Shown here one piece after another: positions 26,141 to 36,462 of a stretch of 64,000 nt of DNA. Positions within the stretch are counted from its first letter, which is position 1; each line of letters starts with the position of its first letter. Below the pieces are notes generated by a model. The model was not told the DNA's origin, did not search any database, and worked only from the letters and a program-made list of their open reading frames with translations. Both the position numbers and the translations under genes were made by a program. Source of the stretch: a virus (lineage: Duplodnaviria > Caudoviricetes); IMG/VR virus record IMGVR_UViG_3300033074_001674, positions 32,001 through 96,000 of that record. One strand, written 5' to 3'.

Positions 26141-27103
26141 TTATGACAATCTCTTTAATTCCGCTTCCATCATATCTTCAACAAGACCTTTAAACGAATA
26201 GAGTGGCAACCAGCCTAATATTTTCCTGGCCTTTGATGAGTCTCCAAGCAATAAATCTACCTCAGCAGGCCTAATTAAGGCCGGGTCTTGAACCACGTGG
26301 TCTTTCCAATTCAATCCTACATGACCAAAGGCTAGCTCTAGAAACTCTCTAATAGAATGTGTCTCATCACTAGATAGGATGAAATCATCTGGCTCTGCGT
26401 GTTCAATAATTAACTGCATACCCCTCACAAAATCCTTGGCATGGCTCCAATCTCTTTTAGAATCAAGATTGCCAAGGGAGACCGTCCCCCCTCCAGCTTT
26501 TGCTATTTGGGCCGCCGCACTGCATATTTTGCGGGTAACGAACTCAATTCCACGTCTAGGACCTTCGTGGTTAAAACCAATCATATTACATGCAAACATC
26601 CCATATGACTCTCTATATACTCTAGTCATCCAATAGCCTGCCAATTTAGCAACTCCATATGGAGACCTTGGATAGAAGGGAGTATTTTCCGTCTGCGGAG
26701 TTTCTTGGACTCTGCCGAACATTTCGCTGGAAGAACATTGCAAGAACCGACATTCTGGCCTGGCCAATCTAAGGGCTTCTAGACAATTTGTAACGCCTAA
26801 ATCTGTGGCTAGTTGGGTATGTACTGGTTGAGACCAACTTAATCCAACATAAGATTGTGCTGCGCAGTTGTAAAAATAGTCAGGCTTATACTTCTCTATT
26901 AATCGAATTATAGAGCCAGAATCGGTAATATCTCCATAGTCCAATACAAAATTATGATTGTCCTTAAGGTGCTCTACGCGCCAGTCTCCTCCGCCAGAGC
27001 GGCGACGCGACATTCCTATTACACGTTCTCCCTGCATTAGTAGACTGTCAGCCAAATATGAGCCGGTCTGACCAGTCACGCCAGTAATTAGGCTAGTTGC
27101 CAT
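26141..27103 (-). CDS. gmd: GDP-mannose 4,6-dehydratase
   Basis: LITGVTGQTGSYLA, SSSEMFG, TPFYPRSPYGVAK, FNHE, EFVTRKI, LGNLDSKRDW, RPAEVDLLLGD. Confidence 0.95.
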   Translation of the reverse strand: MATSLITGVTGQTGSYLADSLLMQGERVIGMSRRRSGGGDWRVEHLKDNHNFVLDYGDITDSGSIIRLIEKYKPDYFYNCAAQSYVGLSWSQPVHTQLATDLGVTNCLEALRLARPECRFLQCSSSEMFGRVQETPQTENTPFYPRSPYGVAKLAGYWMTRVYRESYGMFACNMIGFNHEGPRRGIEFVTRKICSAAAQIAKAGGGTVSLGNLDSKRDWSHAKDFVRGMQLIIEHAEPDDFILSSDETHSIREFLELAFGHVGLNWKDHVVQDPALIRPAEVDLLLGDSSKARKILGWLPLYSFKGLVEDMMEAELKRLS

Positions 27104-27326
27104 AAGACTTAACCTCTTCTCCACCAAATCCGGTCAATTTATTGATTTCGGATTTTAATGCTGCTCGTTCCTTGCACAACGCGATATCTTTAGATATCAC
27201 GGCAGCCATCTCTTCTTTTGTATATTTAAGAGGGTCGGCAGCCATATCTGCCTTTTTATCGCATATTGCAAAAAGCTTACAATTACAGATTGATAATCTA
27301 TCTATCAAGTCGCCCAAATTAACCAT
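27093..27326 (-). CDS. small helical protein (DUF4254/DUF6165-like)
   Basis: LGDLIDRLSI..KL...ERAALKSEIN; this pattern is often found beside glycan genes. Confidence 0.55.
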   Translation of the reverse strand: MVNLGDLIDRLSICNCKLFAICDKKADMAADPLKYTKEEMAAVISKDIALCKERAALKSEINKLTGFGGEEVKSYGN

Positions 27327-27756
27327 TGTAATGCAATCCTAAACTATTTATATTGATTAGTTGAACATCTTTGTATTCATGTATAGAAGCATATTCCAGC
27401 CCCAACTTAATTGCTTCTTCTATTGTTGGAACCATAAATGATGCCTTATCGTTTCTTCTATCCTTTTTAATCGGATGTGTTCCAGAAAACTCAACTCTAT
27501 ATGCACTTGAGATAAGAGTCTCATTTGGAACTAACACCATACTTCTTCTATTTACAAAATCTGCCTTAAAGTTGATTTCATTTTTGCCTTTTGAATAACT
27601 CTCTGCTTTCTTTATGGCGCTAACTATATCTGGTGCGACACAAATAATTTGCTTATGATAATAGAATGGATGATGTTTCTTGGTGTGTTCTGACCATTCC
27701 CATGCCCTATATGAAATATAGTAGGTTTGCTTTTCAGTAAAATCTTTTAAATTCAT
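27319..27756 (-). CDS. hypothetical protein
   Basis: ORF in the co-directional run. Confidence 0.55.
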   Translation of the reverse strand: MNLKDFTEKQTYYISYRAWEWSEHTKKHHPFYYHKQIICVAPDIVSAIKKAESYSKGKNEINFKADFVNRRSMVLVPNETLISSAYRVEFSGTHPIKKDRRNDKASFMVPTIEEAIKLGLEYASIHEYKDVQLININSLGLHYNG

Positions 27757-28076
27757 TGCAATTTCCACTTTAATTCATTTGCTCTACGAGCTAGATTTTC
27801 TAATGTATTCCAAGACACTTCGTATTTTCTAATAATTTCAGGAACTTCTTCTTTGTCTCCCAAACAACCAACAACATGTAATATATCTCTAATCTCATCC
27901 ATCTCTTCTTTTTCTAATTGATATTTCATTTCTTCCTATTCCTTTTCTTTGTGCGGCCTAACTCTAGTTCTTCCTTGATAATTCTAATGTCGCGAGCTCG
28001 GCGTCTTTTTGCGTTTACTTTCTTTCCGCCTTTATGGGCATGCTTGCCCCACTCGCCTTCTAGATAGCAATTGTCT

Positions 28077-28442
28077 TTATTGCCTATTTGGGCCATACTT
28101 TAAACTATCCAAATAATTTCTACATTTTGTTAAGAGTACATTCGCTCCATAAGAAGATATTTCTGCAGGCATATTTATATTTCTAAATTCAGCAAGACAT
28201 TTCTTGCTCCATAAATTGAAAAGATTCCTTTTGAGTTTGATTTCTTTTCTGTTAGTTGCATCCCATTTTTTAAATATAGCTATAGTTTCACATACAGAAC
28301 TATGCGCAGAACTAAATTTATGTGCCCAATGTTGATTGTTGTGCTTTTTAAGTAAATTAATAAGGACTATCTCTGCTTTACTATGTCCAATAGTTGGAAT
28401 GCGTAGTTTGGCTCTAGTAGATGAATGTCTAGCTTTGCCCAT
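28077..28442 (-). CDS. hypothetical basic protein
   Basis: ORF in the co-directional run. Confidence 0.5.
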   Translation of the reverse strand: MGKARHSSTRAKLRIPTIGHSKAEIVLINLLKKHNNQHWAHKFSSAHSSVCETIAIFKKWDATNRKEIKLKRNLFNLWSKKCLAEFRNINMPAEISSYGANVLLTKCRNYLDSLKYGPNRQ

Positions 28443-28613
28443 TAGTTAAAAACTCTTCCCTAAATTTTCTAGCAACTGACTGTGGCCCACACTTAAAATG
28501 CTCATCGCATAAGTAGCCTACAATCCACCTGCCATCATCAGATAGTAGATTATATGAACCTATTTTAAGGCAAACGGCGCATGGGCCCATTCGTTCATTA
28601 TTATAGCAGACCA

Positions 28614-28862
28614 TTAAACTTCTCCATCCTTAAACTCGACATCTACATCAGTTGGACCAATTATATTGCACCACGTTCCTACGTAATCTGACTGCCCGCC
28701 ATAGTATAATTCATAAGCTGACCCTGGTCCTGCATCCCATTTATGAACTATAAATCCACATTCATTACAATAAATAATCGCATCTGTCTTATTAGTAAAG
28801 AGGGCTAACTTGCCAAATTCTATAGCGTCCCAACAGCCAATAAGAACTGTCCAAATTTTCAT
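28614..28862 (-). CDS. small protein, distant paralog of 29584..29766
   Basis: MKIW..IGCWD...F..KTDA..Y...WC.I.GP..VD. Confidence 0.55.
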   Translation of the reverse strand: MKIWTVLIGCWDAIEFGKLALFTNKTDAIIYCNECGFIVHKWDAGPGSAYELYYGGQSDYVGTWCNIIGPTDVDVEFKDGEV

Positions 28863-29045
28863 TATTCCACCTCAAATGGCCCTTCAACATCGCTCCATAA
28901 AGAATGTTCATAGCGCTTAGGGTCTTTATCTCTTATTTCTTTTTCCTTGGCAGCAACATAATATTGTGCTTCTTTTTCGTTCTTCCAAACACGCATTTCA
29001 AACACATCTTCCCACTCGCCAATTTTGACTAATATAAACCTTCAT
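28862..29045 (-). pseudogene. frameshifted paralog of 29584..29766
   Basis: 184 nt against 183 nt; MKVY, then a +1 shift to IGEWEDVFEMRVWKNEKEAQYY...SLWSDVEGPFEVE*. Confidence 0.7.
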
Positions 29046-29587
29046 GATACCGTCCTAAAAGTAATTGATATGCGACGCCCTCTCTTGATGGGCTTGCCAC
29101 TTTCTTCATCATATTGAACACGCTTTATTTCGTGCATCCAATTCCACCTAGCATCATCTGTTAAAACAAGCAAGGAGCGCGGTTCGAGCCCAACTGAATA
29201 TCTATCTCTGCCATTGGACAATTCCATAGTAGTGTAAGAATTCAAGGACACGCTGGCTACGGTTGGGCCGAACAATTTATTATCGACATGTGCAGAAATT
29301 CCTTGTCCCGGCACATATTCATTTATGATTGCCTGGTCTGGTATTCGATGAAAATAACCTTCCTGCCATAACAGTTTTGCAATTGGATATAGCCATAGAG
29401 GAATTTCTTGTACGCTGTGAGAATATAAATTTTTGCCCTTAACATTATATGGATAGCCATACTGTTGGCGTCTTCTTCTTAATTCATTATCCCATGGCAT
29501 AGAATCTATTTTGGCCAGCAATTCAGATTCTTCCACTTTTAGTAACCACTCTGGATAATAAAATAGACCTTCTGGAATTTTACTCAT
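29042..29587 (-). CDS. AlkB-family 2OG-Fe(II) dioxygenase
   Basis: RRRQQYG, INEYVPGQGISAHVD, SVSL, LEPRSLLVL, WMHEI, RRISITFR. Confidence 0.9.
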   Translation of the reverse strand: MSKIPEGLFYYPEWLLKVEESELLAKIDSMPWDNELRRRRQQYGYPYNVKGKNLYSHSVQEIPLWLYPIAKLLWQEGYFHRIPDQAIINEYVPGQGISAHVDNKLFGPTVASVSLNSYTTMELSNGRDRYSVGLEPRSLLVLTDDARWNWMHEIKRVQYDEESGKPIKRGRRISITFRTVS

Positions 29588-29766
29588 TCTACCTCAAATG
29601 GCCCTTCTACATCACACCACAAAGAATATTTATAGTTCTCGGGATTTTTTTGTTTCATATCTGAAACTTTATTATTAGCATATTTCCATGCATCATTTTC
29701 TTTTTCAAAAACACGCATTTCTAATACATCATCCCATTCGCCGATTTGAGCTATATAAACTTTCAT
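29584..29766 (-). CDS. small phage protein
   Basis: MKVYIAQIGEWDDVLEMRVF...VEGPFEVE. Confidence 0.65.
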   Translation of the reverse strand: MKVYIAQIGEWDDVLEMRVFEKENDAWKYANNKVSDMKQKNPENYKYSLWCDVEGPFEVE

Positions 29767-29923
29767 GTAGCACTATACTTAATATTAGATGGTGGTGGAT
29801 TTAATTTTACATAGTCCCAACAAGACTTGCACCAATTATAGCCATTAGTATAATATGTTGAAGGTATACTGTAACACATTTCAAGCCAACCGCAATGATT
29901 ACATCTTGCGTATTTATCAAAAC

Positions 29924-30979
29924 TTATTCTGACCGCATCCATTTTACAACTTCCTTAATAGATTCAGAGAGGGGTATTTCAGCCTGGAATCCTAATAGCT
30001 CAGCAGCCTTGCTTACATCTGGAATACGACGTTGCACGTCAAATTGGAATGGTTTATCGCTCACATGACGAAATGGCTTATCTCCATTGATTTCCTTCCA
30101 AACCATTTCTGCCAATTCTAGCACAGATGTAGGCAGCGGTGTGCTAATATTAAAATCCTCATTAAAACCCTTCTCGGATTCCATTGCTATTACAATACCG
30201 CGCGCAATATCCTTGCCGTTCGTGTAACACCGTACCTGAGAACCATCTCCTAATATATGGAGTGGGTCTTGACCCTTCAAGCATTTATTAACGAGGTCTG
30301 GAAGCACATGACTCATCTGTAGTTTGACGTTGCCACTCATTACCTCGGCCTCCCCCAGAGCCTCATTCTCATATGCACCCACGGCGTTGAAGGGACGAAC
30401 TATTGTATAAGGAACTTCAAACTCCTCCCATGCAGCTCTCGCCCATACCTCAGCAAATGCCTTTTGTGCTCCATAGCAAGATAAAGGAGGAGGCAATACA
30501 TTAATCGCACCTTCGTATGTAGGCCATGTGTTTAATTCTGCATCAAATGTATCCGAATTAAAATCTCTCATATTTACATAGTACTGGTCGGCACCTTCGT
30601 ATACCATAGATGAAGAAATTACTACAATTCTTTTTAATCTTCCTCCACCTCTCACCAAATCAATAGCAGTATCAAATGTATTAGCTAAAATCTTTTCATT
30701 GTTTCTAACAATCTTATATGGATACTTTGAGAAATATGAAATTCCTCCTATCGCCGCAGCTCCGGCGATAATATAATCTACATCTATAAGTGGTAATCTA
30801 TTTTCTGTAAGGTCTAATTCAATTAGTTTAAAATTATCTCTAGAATCTTGTGGTCGAATAACTCTTCCATATTTTGAATAATTGTCTATAGAATATACTA
30901 TATATCCTTTGTCTAGTAGATAATTAGCTAAATAAGAACCAATAAATCCCTGTCCACCTGTTAATATTACACTTTTCAT
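29924..30979 (-). CDS. NAD-dependent nucleotide-sugar epimerase/dehydratase
   Basis: TGGQGFIG, SSSMVY, YGAQK, RPFNAVG, GDGSQVR. Confidence 0.9.
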   Translation of the reverse strand: MKSVILTGGQGFIGSYLANYLLDKGYIVYSIDNYSKYGRVIRPQDSRDNFKLIELDLTENRLPLIDVDYIIAGAAAIGGISYFSKYPYKIVRNNEKILANTFDTAIDLVRGGGRLKRIVVISSSMVYEGADQYYVNMRDFNSDTFDAELNTWPTYEGAINVLPPPLSCYGAQKAFAEVWARAAWEEFEVPYTIVRPFNAVGAYENEALGEAEVMSGNVKLQMSHVLPDLVNKCLKGQDPLHILGDGSQVRCYTNGKDIARGIVIAMESEKGFNEDFNISTPLPTSVLELAEMVWKEINGDKPFRHVSDKPFQFDVQRRIPDVSKAAELLGFQAEIPLSESIKEVVKWMRSE

Positions 30980-31779
30980 TTTATGTGCTTCCAAGTCCTA
31001 TTTGTCAAAATGTAACCAATTACACTTCTAGATACATTAAATTTAGATGCCAAATCTTTATTGCGCCAGCCATCCCTATAAAGTTTTTTAATTTCAGAAA
31101 CTTCCGAATCTTTCAGAGTCGCGCATTTATGTTTTTCACCAGCATTTTTGCCTTTACAAGCAGCAGATAGTTTTGCTCGTTCTTCTAAAGTTTTAGCTCT
31201 ACCAGAATTTGCCTTGCTTATTAATTGTTTTGTTTTTTCTGAATGTTTCTTTCCATAGAAATGATTTAATTCGCCAGAAAATTTTTCTCCTTGACCAAAC
31301 GCTGGATTTTGTTCTCCATATAGCCCAGGGCCACGACTTGGCTCGATTTGTATATTAAAACCAAAATTTGAATTAGTAGATTTATATAAGGAGAAAAACT
31401 GATTCTCAAACTCGTATAGCTTCTCTTCTTTATCAACTATATCAATAATTTCAAACAAAAATTTATCTTGACCGTAAATATTAAAAGTATTTTGCAAATG
31501 TTTATTTTCATGTCTATTTTTAAGTAATTTATTCTTATGGTCAGATAACCTTTTCTTTACATCGCTAGAACTTCCTATATATACTTTATTATTTCCCAGA
31601 CAAGTTATTTTATAAATACCACAAATGGAAATTCTTATTTGTCTAATATATTTAGCTGTTATATTTAATACGTAACTAATTTGCAATGGAGATGCTAATC
31701 TGCATGCAATCTTAATAACTCTTTTTAAAGATGGAGTAATTTTAGCTCCACTTTTAATTCTATTATTCCTATTGCCCAT
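30976..31779 (-). CDS. GIY-YIG homing endonuclease with NUMOD3 repeats
   Basis: GIYKITC..NKVYIGSS..R, FYGKKHSEKTKQLIS, C-terminal HTH. Confidence 0.9.
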   Translation of the reverse strand: MGNRNNRIKSGAKITPSLKRVIKIACRLASPLQISYVLNITAKYIRQIRISICGIYKITCLGNNKVYIGSSSDVKKRLSDHKNKLLKNRHENKHLQNTFNIYGQDKFLFEIIDIVDKEEKLYEFENQFFSLYKSTNSNFGFNIQIEPSRGPGLYGEQNPAFGQGEKFSGELNHFYGKKHSEKTKQLISKANSGRAKTLEERAKLSAACKGKNAGEKHKCATLKDSEVSEIKKLYRDGWRNKDLASKFNVSRSVIGYILTNRTWKHIK

Positions 31780-31799
31780 TACACAAATATGACATAAGG

Positions 31800-31831
31800 A
31801 AGCCTTGACTTCCAGTTACTAAGGCTTTTTT
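31800..31831. terminator. hairpin with T-run (intrinsic terminator-like)
   Basis: AAGCCTT...AAGGCTT followed by a T-run on the + strand; intergenic. Confidence 0.45.
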
Positions 31832-32011
31832 CATTACCAAGTCCATCCTCTATCTAGGTCAGATTTGGTTATTTCATATACAGAATCGAATGGGTCATCT
31901 TCCTGCTCGGCTTTGTGGTCTCTAAGTGCAAATTGCCTTGCCTTCTTATATGTTGAGAAATATGCTTCGGCAGCAGTATAGTTATTGTAAACTTTCCAAA
32001 TACATGTCATT

Positions 32012-32353
32012 TTAATCAACCTCAATTGGAAATGAAGCAAACTTCTTAAAATCTGCATCAGCTATTCGCGCCAACACATCTCCATGACAAATTTGTGGCT
32101 TACACCAACAGCCAAGCACCTTGCCCTTTAACTCAGTATGTATTCGCGCAAACAACTTCTTGCCTTCTTCTGAAGAAACTAGCCAGTAAAAATACCTATC
32201 AACAGCCTCATCTCTGCTGCCAACTACAAATTCAGCTTTAGTACCTTTTTTATGAGAGAAAGGATTGCCCCACTTGGATGGACGGCCGATGTATACATCA
32301 TATGGTTCTTTTTTACAATGAACTACGCGAGTTTTCAAGTGGTCGCCCCACAT
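32012..32353 (-). CDS. DUF4326 family protein
   Basis: VVHCKK..YDVYIGRPSKWGNPF...LKGKVLGCWCKP..CHGDVL. Confidence 0.85.
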   Translation of the reverse strand: MWGDHLKTRVVHCKKEPYDVYIGRPSKWGNPFSHKKGTKAEFVVGSRDEAVDRYFYWLVSSEEGKKLFARIHTELKGKVLGCWCKPQICHGDVLARIADADFKKFASFPIEVD

Positions 32354-32604
32354 TTACAGCCGGGATATGTGCAATCGCCACCGTTCTTTAATTTGCAACA
32401 CTCGCCATCTAGCTGAACATAGAAATATTCTAAAAATTTCTCTTCTGACCAATCAAATGTAAGCCAATTTACTGTGCAACCTCGTATACCTCCAACCCAA
32501 ATAGCTATTTTTTCTTCAAATGGAAGCCAAGCAGTAATTTGGAATACATCATTCTTTTTAAATATATCCCAATCTTCTTTTATAATCGCTAGCCCATGAT
32601 TCAT
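32335..32604 (-). CDS. hypothetical protein
   Basis: Translationally coupled ORF. Confidence 0.5.
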   Translation of the reverse strand: MNHGLAIIKEDWDIFKKNDVFQITAWLPFEEKIAIWVGGIRGCTVNWLTFDWSEEKFLEYFYVQLDGECCKLKNGGDCTYPGCKCGATT

Positions 32605-33081
32605 TAATCACACTCCCTATGTGGGACGCCTTTATCACACAAATCACATGAATTAGCCTTCTTTCTCTTCTTAAGAGATTGATTTTTATTATTATAGAGA
32701 ATAGTCTTGCTTAATACCATTTTTACTATATTTTCTATTGTTTCTTGACATGCATTACAAGTACATGCTGAATGACGGTCGATGTTATGAAACATATTTC
32801 CTCTTAGCCTCTTCTAATTTGAATAACTTCCACTGATGATGTAGCTCCAAGTATTCTTTCATTTCCCTATCATATTGTTCATCTAGAAGATTTCCGCCAA
32901 TTATTTTAAGCGCCATTAATATTCAACCCTAACTACTATATCTGGAAACTCAGTATTCATATCTAAAGGTCCGAAAAATATAGCTTCTTGATTATTTGAT
33001 AGAATATATCCGTATCCATCGCCGCATTCATTAGCATGCGCGGCAAATTATCTTTAATGATTTCGCTCATGACTATCTATA

Positions 33082-33393
33082 TCATCTCCTATCAATCTGT
33101 CTGTGCAAATCTTCATTTTCTAGTTGCAGAAATTCTATATGCTCATCAAGTTGTGCAATAGTTTTTTCTGATTGTTCTAGTTCTTGCTCTAAAGTTTCAA
33201 TTTGCGACTTGAGAGATTTGTTCTGTCTTTCTAACTCATCAATTCTTAAATCTTCTGGCAGCTTGACTGGAGGACCAATCGTCATAATTAATTCTCCAGA
33301 GGCACTTTTAACTCTAAAGGTTTTGCCAGACCCAATTAGGTCGGTGGGATTTTTACTGAATTCCTCACTAGTAACTTCCACTACATCATTCAT
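33082..33393 (-). CDS. coiled-coil protein
   Basis: Long heptad-repeat C-terminus. Confidence 0.55.
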   Translation of the reverse strand: MNDVVEVTSEEFSKNPTDLIGSGKTFRVKSASGELIMTIGPPVKLPEDLRIDELERQNKSLKSQIETLEQELEQSEKTIAQLDEHIEFLQLENEDLHRQIDRR

Positions 33394-33419
33394 TATCTTT
33401 TGCCCCTATAAATTATAAC

Positions 33420-33863
33420 TCATTCGTATTTAGCCTTCAACTTCTTTAGTTGAGCCTTTTCTAGTCTCTCAGCATTGGCCTTTTCTTCATCATCCCATTG
33501 TTTCTTTAGCTCATGCCATTCCTTAAGTCGAATCTCATGCTCTTGTTTTTCCTTAAGCCATTTATCCATATCCTTTAGATATGCATTCATTTCGCGCTTT
33601 AAGGTTAGTGGCTTCTTTTGTTTAACTTCTGTTTTGTACAAAACTATGTCTGAAGATGAAAAAGAATCATATGGGTCATACTGTTTTTCAATTTCAAGAA
33701 AATCAAAATCCACATCCATTAGGCTAGCTTTAGTTCTCCTATCAAAATCTGGAATTATGTCAACCTTATGATAAACTTCAAAAGTCGGAAGTGGTTTTTG
33801 GGGCTCTGGTCTTAAATATGGTTGGCTGTAATATGAAAACCACTTTGGATACTTTTTCTTCAT
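33420..33863 (-). CDS. hypothetical protein with charged helical C-terminus
   Basis: GGAG RBS before ATG 33863; ends LKKLKAKYE. Confidence 0.6.
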   Translation of the reverse strand: MKKKYPKWFSYYSQPYLRPEPQKPLPTFEVYHKVDIIPDFDRRTKASLMDVDFDFLEIEKQYDPYDSFSSSDIVLYKTEVKQKKPLTLKREMNAYLKDMDKWLKEKQEHEIRLKEWHELKKQWDDEEKANAERLEKAQLKKLKAKYE

Positions 33864-34042
33864 ATTTATATCATCTCTCCAAATTCCAATTTGTCTTATG
33901 CCATCCATCTCCAAATAACACATACTTGGTTTGTTTTGCACAAAATCTACAATATGAATAACAATATTGATAATCGTGCTCTCTTCTATATTCCTTCTTG
34001 TAAAGATGGAGGCCGATATAACAGAGGGGACTTATCATACCA

Positions 34043-35947
34043 TTACATCCTCATTCCTGGAAACACAGTTCTTTTATAGAGGTAATTATCCTTAACTATT
34101 GTATCAAATATCTTGCAGTCAAGACCTAAATCTTCCGCCAATTTCATAAGCGCTTTAGAATCCTTTGGAAGACAATTATGAACTGTAAATCCAACAGTAA
34201 CATAACTGTTATCCTCTTCTATTTCTAGGTTAAAGACTTTTCCAGTATATTGAAAAACTTGAACTGATTTAACTGGCGCGATAATACCTTCTCCAAAATT
34301 GAAGGAGGGCGAACGTTCTAGCTTAAGCTCTATATCCTTTTTAGGATAACCAGTTATCTCGCACAGTTTGTAATAGGTTGCCTTATCTCCTAGTTTAATA
34401 TAATAAGCTTTTCGATGATATACATCATCTCTGCCTCTTCTTGGTTGTGATATTTTGGTTGTGTGAGGAAGTCCTAACACATAAAACATTTGCTTAACAG
34501 CATAAAATAAATCTTCAGAAACAGTCGCCAATGTCATTGACCTGGGACCGAAATGACCATCTCCCATTAAATAACCTAAAAGGAATTTTGCAATAATATT
34601 TTTAGGAGATTGTAGTAATGTTGAACTTAATTTTTTAGCCCAAGAATATTTACCACAATGCTCAAACATAATTTTTTTAGCATCTGCGCTAGAAAATCTA
34701 ACTTGACAACCTAAGCCATCTTTGGCAGATAAGTGTGTTGTAACTCCAAATTGTTCTTTTGCAATTCTCTTAATTTCGTTCTGTAAGAATTCTTCCTTTA
34801 TATGCAATGCGAAAGATATTCTATTGCTTATCGCATTATCATCGTTTTCAATACTTCCTTCGGCGGCATACAACCCCAAAAGAAAAGCTATATCTTCATT
34901 AATTTCAGAATCAATATTCAAAGTTTTAAATGTTGGAACAAATACATAATCTCCCTTGTTGATATTTGAAGCATTTGTCCAATTTAAAGCTATTTTATCT
35001 ATTTTAGCATTCTGAAATTTAAGTTTACCATTTGTCGTGCTATAAAATCTATTTGTAGATTGCGAATAAACTGGATGCTCGCCAGTTAAATAAATTTCAT
35101 CCCCACCTTGGGGTTTAATACCATAAACCCGCTCATTTTTAACTGTTCTTACTAAAACATCAGTTACTTTTCGTAGTGCTCCGGTATGGCTGTAAACCTC
35201 ATCTCCAATATTAATTTGGTCAATTCTCTTAACCCCATCTTTAGTATAAATTAGAGTCTCTGGAACCAAACAGTACCCGGCATATCCTCTAAATGATTCA
35301 TTGACATCCAAATAACAATCCACATGAGCTGGCTGTTTAACTACAGCATTCTTTATCTTTGTATAGTTGGCTCCTAACTTCTTACATATTTCATAGAATC
35401 CATTGGCGTAAACAACTCTCATGGCATTGAATACATTATGAAAATATTTTGCCAATTCTGATTCTGTTGGAGTCAACCTGATTATATTCTTTGGATAATT
35501 GCCGTGCGCTTTTACTATTAGGTCAAAAGCGACATCCGAGTGTGTCCCTATTACAAGAATATGGTGCCCTTCGACAAAGTCGTGAAACGAGTGTCTCTCT
35601 CTAAGCCATTCTGGACAATGTGAAATTGACGCAAAAGGATTAACGCTTTCATCTATTAGAGATTGCGTAAAACCAGGGGTCGTAGTACTTTTTATTACTA
35701 TATGACCTTTATAACCCAACTTTTCTAAATCTTTAACGCATTGACAAACAATTGACGTGTCACATTCTCCATCATTTTTTGATGGGGTAGGAACACATAT
35801 AAAAATTAACGAAGCTGGCAACAGGTTATCTATTCTTGACCCTTCAATGACTATATCGTGCTCGAGAATTTCATGGCCCAATTTTGAGAAGCCGTATTTA
35901 AGAGCCTCACCTAATATACCTCGACTTCCACAGATGCCTATTTTCAT
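34043..35947 (-). CDS. UDP-glucose/GDP-mannose dehydrogenase family protein interrupted by an intein
   Basis: GSRGILG, FICVPTP, IKST, PEWLRE, SELAKYFHN, GYAGY|intein|CLPKD. Confidence 0.9.
   Translation of the reverse strand: MKIGICGSRGILGEALKYGFSKLGHEILEHDIVIEGSRIDNLLPASLIFICVPTPSKNDGECDTSIVCQCVKDLEKLGYKGHIVIKSTTTPGFTQSLIDESVNPFASISHCPEWLRERHSFHDFVEGHHILVIGTHSDVAFDLIVKAHGNYPKNIIRLTPTESELAKYFHNVFNAMRVVYANGFYEICKKLGANYTKIKNAVVKQPAHVDCYLDVNESFRGYAGYCLVPETLIYTKDGVKRIDQINIGDEVYSHTGALRKVTDVLVRTVKNERVYGIKPQGGDEIYLTGEHPVYSQSTNRFYSTTNGKLKFQNAKIDKIALNWTNASNINKGDYVFVPTFKTLNIDSEINEDIAFLLGLYAAEGSIENDDNAISNRISFALHIKEEFLQNEIKRIAKEQFGVTTHLSAKDGLGCQVRFSSADAKKIMFEHCGKYSWAKKLSSTLLQSPKNIIAKFLLGYLMGDGHFGPRSMTLATVSEDLFYAVKQMFYVLGLPHTTKISQPRRGRDDVYHRKAYYIKLGDKATYYKLCEITGYPKKDIELKLERSPSFNFGEGIIAPVKSVQVFQYTGKVFNLEIEEDNSYVTVGFTVHNCLPKDSKALMKLAEDLGLDCKIFDTIVKDNYLYKRTVFPGMRM
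34175..35272 (-). mobile_element. intein with LAGLIDADG endonuclease (366 aa)
   Basis: Begins CLVPETLI; block B LTGEHP; LLGLYAAEG and FLLGYLMGDG; ends VFNLEIEEDNSYV..TVHN before +1 Cys. Confidence 0.92.
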
Positions 35948-36462
35948 TGCAGAACTCCCTTAATGATGCTCAAAAGATTGCCAGCGGCATATTCATCACC
36001 ACTAATGTTGAAATAATAAACACCGAATACTTCCAACACATGTTTCATTCCAGAATCAACCTCTAGAGCCTCTTTTTCTGTTTGAAGCCTGCCAACTTCT
36101 TGATATTTCTTGGTTCTATTTATCCATACATTTAAGTTATTCATTTCGTTGTGAACATCCACAACCAGTCTCTTGAAAGAATCCGGCATATGAGAGCCGT
36201 AATAAACGCCCAGCAAAATCGGCGCGTCTGTCACTATAACATCCACTTTATTTAGCAATCTATGCATTCTATGGTATTGTTTACCAAAAATATAAATTTG
36301 GTCAGATAAACAATCTAGGTGATTATCCCAAACGCGGTCTTTTGCATATTCTCCGACAAGCTCGCAATTTATTCCTTCCTGTTTTAGAAGGGCGAAGGTG
36401 TGTGCGGCAGTCGTGCTTTTCCCCGCACCTGGTCCGGCAAATAGATTAACTACTAATGTCAT
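35944..36462 (-). CDS. P-loop NTPase/kinase (AAA_28-like)
   Basis: NLFAGPGAGKST, EYAKD, TDAP, GRLQ. Confidence 0.8.
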   Translation of the reverse strand: MTLVVNLFAGPGAGKSTTAAHTFALLKQEGINCELVGEYAKDRVWDNHLDCLSDQIYIFGKQYHRMHRLLNKVDVIVTDAPILLGVYYGSHMPDSFKRLVVDVHNEMNNLNVWINRTKKYQEVGRLQTEKEALEVDSGMKHVLEVFGVYYFNISGDEYAAGNLLSIIKGVLQ

